Source: a virus
DNA length: 64,000 bases
Direction: 5' to 3' (one strand)
IMG/VR virus record: IMGVR_UViG_3300025769_000077
Span: 34,406-98,405 of that record
Positions 59,750 to 64,000 of this stretch are shown here, in pieces; within the stretch, counting starts at the first letter, position 1, and every line of letters starts with the position of its first letter. The position numbers were made by a program, and so were the translations under genes. The notes under the pieces were generated by a model. The model was not told the origin of the DNA, did not search any database, and saw only the letters and a program-made list of their open reading frames with translations.

Positions 59750-60907
59750 TTACTTTAAAGGAATATCGTGAACGTAAGGTAAATCATTGAAATTTTCTAT
59801 GATATAGAAACCTGCAGTTGATGTATACCCTAATGTTTCAGAGTAAAAGTTACCGGTAAACAAAGAAGGACAATGTATCATTCTAAAGTCAGTAGAGTTG
59901 TCATAAGTAGCATTGATTAGTTTTTTTCTAGAATGTAGATGACCTGCTAATACTACGTTGTAATGACCTTGTTTACCATAGTCCCATACAAGCTTAGTCA
60001 TGTCTTTATTGATACCTCTATCACCATGTGTATTGATATAACAGATATTATCTATTACTTCTGTGTATACATAAGAACTATAGTTAATTTGATAAGGAGT
60101 AGTCTTATCTAAGAAGTAAGCAACTAAGTTAGCTATCTCTCCTTCCGGTTCTAACTCTTTATTAGGTTGGGACCTATCGTGGTTTCCGGATATGATAGTG
60201 ATAGAAGCTACGTTGTTTATCTTTTCTAACCATCTTTTGATAATTTCGTATGCAGCGATGACAGCATTTGTACCCCATAGTTCTAGTTCTTTAAAAGTAT
60301 TCTGTTTACTTGTACCAGAAAATGATTCTATCAAATCTCCTAGTATAGATATATGTACTTCTTTATAGTTTTTAGAATTAATAATTGCAGCAATGTTAGC
60401 TAAGTATCTTTCTAACACGTCTAGATTATAGTTTTGACTTTTAACTAAGTCTTTAATATAAGCTCCTATATGCCAATCAGTAGTAACTACTTTAGCTATT
60501 CCTGTTCCTGGTACATTATTAGATATAATATGAGGTTTGTTTTCAAAGTATTTATCTAGTTCAATTTGAATCTTGTCTTTACCTGAACCTTTCTTAAATA
60601 CTACAGAATAGGTTTGCTCACCATTAGACATGGTCCAAGCTTTAACAGACTTAACATCTTTCTCTTTAATGTTGTTTTCTTTCAACCAGTTCTCATAATG
60701 TGAATCTGTTTTAGATAGTTTATGAATATCTGCAATCTTTCTTCTTAAAGTTCTATGTGAATATTCAGTTTCTTCCATTACTTCAGAAGCAATTTCTGAA
60801 TATTTCTTACCTACTTTGAGTTGTGTTTTGATGTAATTTATAACATCAAAAGTAAGACCAATATACTCGTTTCTATTATCATTACTGTTAGATATCGATT
60901 TCTCCAT
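59750..60907 (-). CDS. metallophosphoesterase with N-terminal HTH-like region
   Basis: TDWHIG, LGDLIE, SGNHDR, THGD, AGHLH. Confidence 0.85.
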   Translation of the reverse strand: MEKSISNSNDNRNEYIGLTFDVINYIKTQLKVGKKYSEIASEVMEETEYSHRTLRRKIADIHKLSKTDSHYENWLKENNIKEKDVKSVKAWTMSNGEQTYSVVFKKGSGKDKIQIELDKYFENKPHIISNNVPGTGIAKVVTTDWHIGAYIKDLVKSQNYNLDVLERYLANIAAIINSKNYKEVHISILGDLIESFSGTSKQNTFKELELWGTNAVIAAYEIIKRWLEKINNVASITIISGNHDRSQPNKELEPEGEIANLVAYFLDKTTPYQINYSSYVYTEVIDNICYINTHGDRGINKDMTKLVWDYGKQGHYNVVLAGHLHSRKKLINATYDNSTDFRMIHCPSLFTGNFYSETLGYTSTAGFYIIENFNDLPYVHDIPLK

Positions 60908-61257
60908 GTTTTTATTGTTTCTTTACGATCGTTACAATCTTTTAAGTCTTTTGTCAGACTGTTTATATTTCCTTCAAGTTTAATGATTTCTTTTCTAGAA
61001 TAAACAATAGCTACTGAATCTGCTATAACTTTCACTTTATAGCCTTCAATTGCTGTTTCGTATTGTGATTTGATTTTCTTTAACTCCTTTACTTCCTTCT
61101 TCGCTTTGTCTCCTGTAATTAACTCATAGTCTATTTGACTCCAGATACTGTCTGGTATACAGTCGCATTTAAGGAGTTCTTTTGGGATAGTACCTTGCGA
61201 GTACCCTACGTTTGTGAAGACTGTCAGGAACACTATAATAATCATCAAGTATTTCAT
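60838..61257 (-). CDS. secreted/membrane coiled-coil protein (spanin-like candidate)
   Basis: signal peptide, coiled coil, C-terminal hydrophobic tail; overlaps upstream TM protein in lysis cluster. Confidence 0.5.
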   Translation of the reverse strand: MKYLMIIIVFLTVFTNVGYSQGTIPKELLKCDCIPDSIWSQIDYELITGDKAKKEVKELKKIKSQYETAIEGYKVKVIADSVAIVYSRKEIIKLEGNINSLTKDLKDCNDRKETIKTWRNRYLTVMIIETSILVLLLML

Positions 61258-61519
61258 TGTATTCTCTTTTTAGTTGATAGTATCTTTGAAGAGCTATCCT
61301 AGCTTCTTTAGTCGCATTAGTAATACTATCAGAAGCCACATTACGGTATACACTAAGCTGATTGATAGTAACAAGATGAAGCGAATCTTGGTAAAGTAAT
61401 TCAGTAATTTCTTTTTCGTATTCTTCATTCTTCTTGTACAACTTATAGTTTGTAAATAATAGTACTAAAGTACTACTAATCAAAAAGATCATCACTGTCC
61501 AAGTTATCTTTTTTTCCAT
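61169..61519 (-). CDS. i-spanin-like protein
   Basis: N-terminal TM plus coiled coil, downstream of holin and lysin. Confidence 0.5.
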   Translation of the reverse strand: MEKKITWTVMIFLISSTLVLLFTNYKLYKKNEEYEKEITELLYQDSLHLVTINQLSVYRNVASDSITNATKEARIALQRYYQLKREYNEILDDYYSVPDSLHKRRVLARYYPKRTP

Positions 61520-61727
61520 TTGGTGTAAATTTAGTTGCTATGTTACCTCCTGCATAGATACCATAAACAATTGATAAAGTAGTTATTGATGTAGAAATAA
61601 TATTAGCATAGTTCTTTACCATACCGTATATTCCAAACATTGCAATGAGAGCAGTAACAATAAGAGCATATTTATACTTCCTATTCTTAACTTTGTTCAA
61701 CATTTTTAATTGTGATTGTGATTTCAT
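61476..61727 (-). CDS. putative holin
   Basis: two TM segments, NRK...YAGGNIATKF. Confidence 0.6.
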   Translation of the reverse strand: MKSQSQLKMLNKVKNRKYKYALIVTALIAMFGIYGMVKNYANIISTSITTLSIVYGIYAGGNIATKFTPNGKKDNLDSDDLFD

Positions 61728-62133
61728 TGGCTTGTTTTAGTTTCCGGTATAATCTCTCATACGCATTTCTAGAACTGCCTATTGCTCCTTTTTGTACTTT
61801 GTTATTGTATCCTATATCTCCTACTAGAATACAACCATCTGTGTGGTCATCATAGTTTCCTATATGAATGTATACATATTTAAAATTCGGTACATCTTGT
61901 AATTCAAAATGAAAGTCAAACCATGGGTATTTATCTCTGTACTTTTGGGTAAGTCCTGATACAACTTTACGTTGTTTAATTTCATATGTTCCTTCCGGTA
62001 TGCGAGTTTCTCCTTTTACTTTTATAGATCTTTTTTCATCTTCAAGAGTGTAACATTGGAATACTTCATCTACAAATAAAAGACCTTGAGTTGAATCTCC
62101 GTCATCTGAATATCTTAGTAGATGTAGTTTCAT
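61687..62133 (-). CDS. DUF5675 family protein (putative endolysin)
   Basis: TQGLL...CYTLED...TRIPEGTY...VPNF...IHIGN...TDGCILVG...SRNA. Confidence 0.85.
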   Translation of the reverse strand: MKLHLLRYSDDGDSTQGLLFVDEVFQCYTLEDEKRSIKVKGETRIPEGTYEIKQRKVVSGLTQKYRDKYPWFDFHFELQDVPNFKYVYIHIGNYDDHTDGCILVGDIGYNNKVQKGAIGSSRNAYERLYRKLKQANEITITIKNVEQS

Positions 62134-62432
62134 TATCTTTCTCTAATTAGTTCTTTAATTTCTCTAAATCCTTCTCTCATCATTTCTGTATTATCCTGAA
62201 CATCTTTTTGTATTTCCTTCAAAGTCTCTGTTTTAGCAGCATCATTTTTTAAAAGCTCTATTGTTTGCTCTTGTAAATTAAGAATTTTAGCATCTTGTAC
62301 TGCGTCGATTTCAGCTTGTCTATTAACATATGAGTTACTTACTGTAAACATAATTGTGATTATCAAACCTAAGAGAGTTTGTATTCCCCAAAATAAGTAT
62401 TTGTTCATGTGGATTTCTTGACTTTGATCCAT
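62133..62432 (-). CDS. single-TM coiled-coil protein (holin/antiholin-like)
   Basis: TM then coiled coil; immediately upstream of the lysin. Confidence 0.5.
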   Translation of the reverse strand: MDQSQEIHMNKYLFWGIQTLLGLIITIMFTVSNSYVNRQAEIDAVQDAKILNLQEQTIELLKNDAAKTETLKEIQKDVQDNTEMMREGFREIKELIRER

Positions 62433-62434
62433 AA

Positions 62435-62836
62435 TTATTTAGTTTTCCATTCGCCGAATAAACCGCCGAATACTCTTACAAAAATAAAATAAAGCATTGA
62501 CTTAGAAAAAGTAATTTCGTCTAACATAAGTAGAAAAATTATATCTGCTTGTAAACGAGATATGTTATGTTCTGATTTCCATTGATATAACACATCATGT
62601 ACTAAAGAACAATAGTAAGTTTTAGGTAGACCTGTTTCCATATTTAATGTACCATCAGGTGTACCAATGTAACCTAAGTCTCTTATTTTTAATTTAGGAG
62701 TACAACCATCCCATGAATATCCTTTTTTAATAGTAATCTTATTACCTGATATATGTACCCATTTATTTTTAAATCCAGGTAAACTTATTGGTAAAAATAA
62801 GGTTACATTTTCTGTAAGTGTGAATTTATATTTCAT
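62435..62836 (-). CDS. DUF1353-like protein
   Basis: GYSWDGCT...SLVHDVLYQ...RLQADIIF...VRVFG. Confidence 0.75.
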   Translation of the reverse strand: MKYKFTLTENVTLFLPISLPGFKNKWVHISGNKITIKKGYSWDGCTPKLKIRDLGYIGTPDGTLNMETGLPKTYYCSLVHDVLYQWKSEHNISRLQADIIFLLMLDEITFSKSMLYFIFVRVFGGLFGEWKTK

Positions 62837-63747
62837 TATTCAAAAGTAAGATAATCTACTAAGACTTTTTGTATTGTTGGACTTTTTCCTAATCCATGAT
62901 TATGAGTTAAGTGACTTGTATCATAAAGAGAAAATAAGAAATGAGTAGATGTATCATTAACATCATATACTTCACTAGCTATTTGGTCTCTAAACAGAGT
63001 ACCACCTGTTCTTTTATCCTGTTCTACTTTATCTGCATGTGTTAAGAAATAAGCATCTGCTGATAATTGAATAGCAGTACCAACAGTAAAAGCATAAGCT
63101 TCTTCAATAGCATTATTAGTTTGTTTAATTAAATCTGCTACTTGATCTGATTTAACAGGTATGTCTTTATCTTGTTGTTTAAGACATTCTTTAGTACCAT
63201 CAGCTTTATACCAATAAAACTTTTTAGTTTTAGATGTCTTTAATCCATTAGTTCTAGTATGAGAGTATTCTTTTTCTAGAATATCTAATCCATCTATTTC
63301 AAATGTTTTAGTTAGGATTTGTCCTTTCCATTTATAACTACGAGTAGTAAGACCTATGTTTAACTCTGAATTAAAGTCTATATGTTTAGGATTAGTTCCT
63401 AATGGATAGTCTGTGTATAGATGTATAAGATAATCATTAGTAGTATAGATTTTATATTCTCTATCACTAATCATTTCTAGTTTGTCATTAGAATAATCTA
63501 CTGGTACATTAATGGGATAACCATTTCTAGAGAAGGTAGCAAACTCGTGAGTAACTTCATCTTCTTCATTGAATAGTTGTGTCTTCCATACTCGTCTACC
63601 TTGAGTTAAATATTCTTTCCATTTTAGGACAGTCTCAGTAGGGTTTTTTTCATCTACTGTATAGTCTAAAACACTTCTGTCTTTGAACCCAACAGGAACA
63701 TCTTCTTCCCACCAAGTGCTATCTAGTATTTTTGCGTATTTAGTCAT
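62836..63747 (-). CDS. hypothetical protein (tail region)
   Basis: 303-aa ORF. Confidence 0.6.
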   Translation of the reverse strand: MTKYAKILDSTWWEEDVPVGFKDRSVLDYTVDEKNPTETVLKWKEYLTQGRRVWKTQLFNEEDEVTHEFATFSRNGYPINVPVDYSNDKLEMISDREYKIYTTNDYLIHLYTDYPLGTNPKHIDFNSELNIGLTTRSYKWKGQILTKTFEIDGLDILEKEYSHTRTNGLKTSKTKKFYWYKADGTKECLKQQDKDIPVKSDQVADLIKQTNNAIEEAYAFTVGTAIQLSADAYFLTHADKVEQDKRTGGTLFRDQIASEVYDVNDTSTHFLFSLYDTSHLTHNHGLGKSPTIQKVLVDYLTFE

Positions 63748-64000
63748 TATCTGTGTATTTTAGAGATTTTGTTCTTTCTTTACTACGTGGTGTGGTTAAG
63801 GTGTTATCAAATATATCTAAACCGTTGTATGGGTATTGGGGTAGTAATTTTACAGTTGGATAAGTAGCATCTACACCTAAACTAAACCCATCCACCAACG
63901 GATTAAACACATCTTGCTCTCCTTGATTAAGTGTTATATCTGCTGTTGTAATTGAACCATGATTGTCTCCTACAACATCTTGAACTAAGAATGAGTTGTT
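63740..64000 (-). CDS. C-terminal part of a tail-associated protein (truncated by window edge)
   Basis: open frame to the edge: ...VQDVVGDNHGSI...KYTDND*; DxxGxNHG resembles the end of LamG-like domains. Confidence 0.5.
   Translation of the reverse strand, partial: NNSFLVQDVVGDNHGSITTADITLNQGEQDVFNPLVDGFSLGVDATYPTVKLLPQYPYNGLDIFDNTLTTPRSKERTKSLKYTDND

Noticed and set aside
30212-61003. Short + strand ORFs opposite the late genes, and short - strand ORFs in the early arm
   Set aside because: Antisense shadows of real genes with F/L/S/I-rich composition and no motifs
1-64000. Stop-codon reassignment (TAG/TGA), known in some Crassvirales
   Set aside because: Conserved genes, including 13-kb and 6.5-kb ORFs, are intact in the standard code, and TAG/TGA end genes at sensible positions
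1-64000. CRISPR array, integrase, transposase or diversity-generating retroelement
   Set aside because: No regularly spaced direct repeats and no recombinase, transposase or reverse transcriptase motifs were seen

Overview
A 64 kb, very AT-rich segment of a Crassvirales (crAss-like) phage genome, most likely infecting a Bacteroidota host; standard genetic code fits all long ORFs. Two convergent arms meet at a bidirectional terminator (~29.3 kb). The + strand arm (1-29.3 kb) carries the replication and nucleotide genes: family B DNA polymerase, SF2 helicase, DnaB, Sak4-like ATPase, SSB, primase, RecE-like nuclease, UNG, spore-photoproduct-lyase-like radical SAM enzyme, MazG-like protein, class II RNR and a PRPP-synthetase-like + NAMPT-like pair resembling the NARP1 anti-defence NAD+ pathway. 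The - strand arm (29.3-64 kb) is the late module: giant ejected proteins including a 4476-aa virion RNA polymerase (DFDID motif), muzzle/ring/IHF-like tail genes and a lysis cassette. The most notable element is a phage-encoded ubiquitin-like operon next to primase (Ubl - E2-like - JAB - E1/ThiF, 11908-14871). Its Ubl gene carries a candidate -1 programmed frameshift (A_AAA_AAG plus a downstream stem) just after the putative C-terminal ...KSG processing site. Other oddities: a D-armless tRNA-like element followed by a structured RNA, strong WCCGGW over-representation, and apparently only two cysteines in ~7,900 aa of ejection proteins, both at one gene junction. All calls come from reading motifs by eye; no database searches were run.
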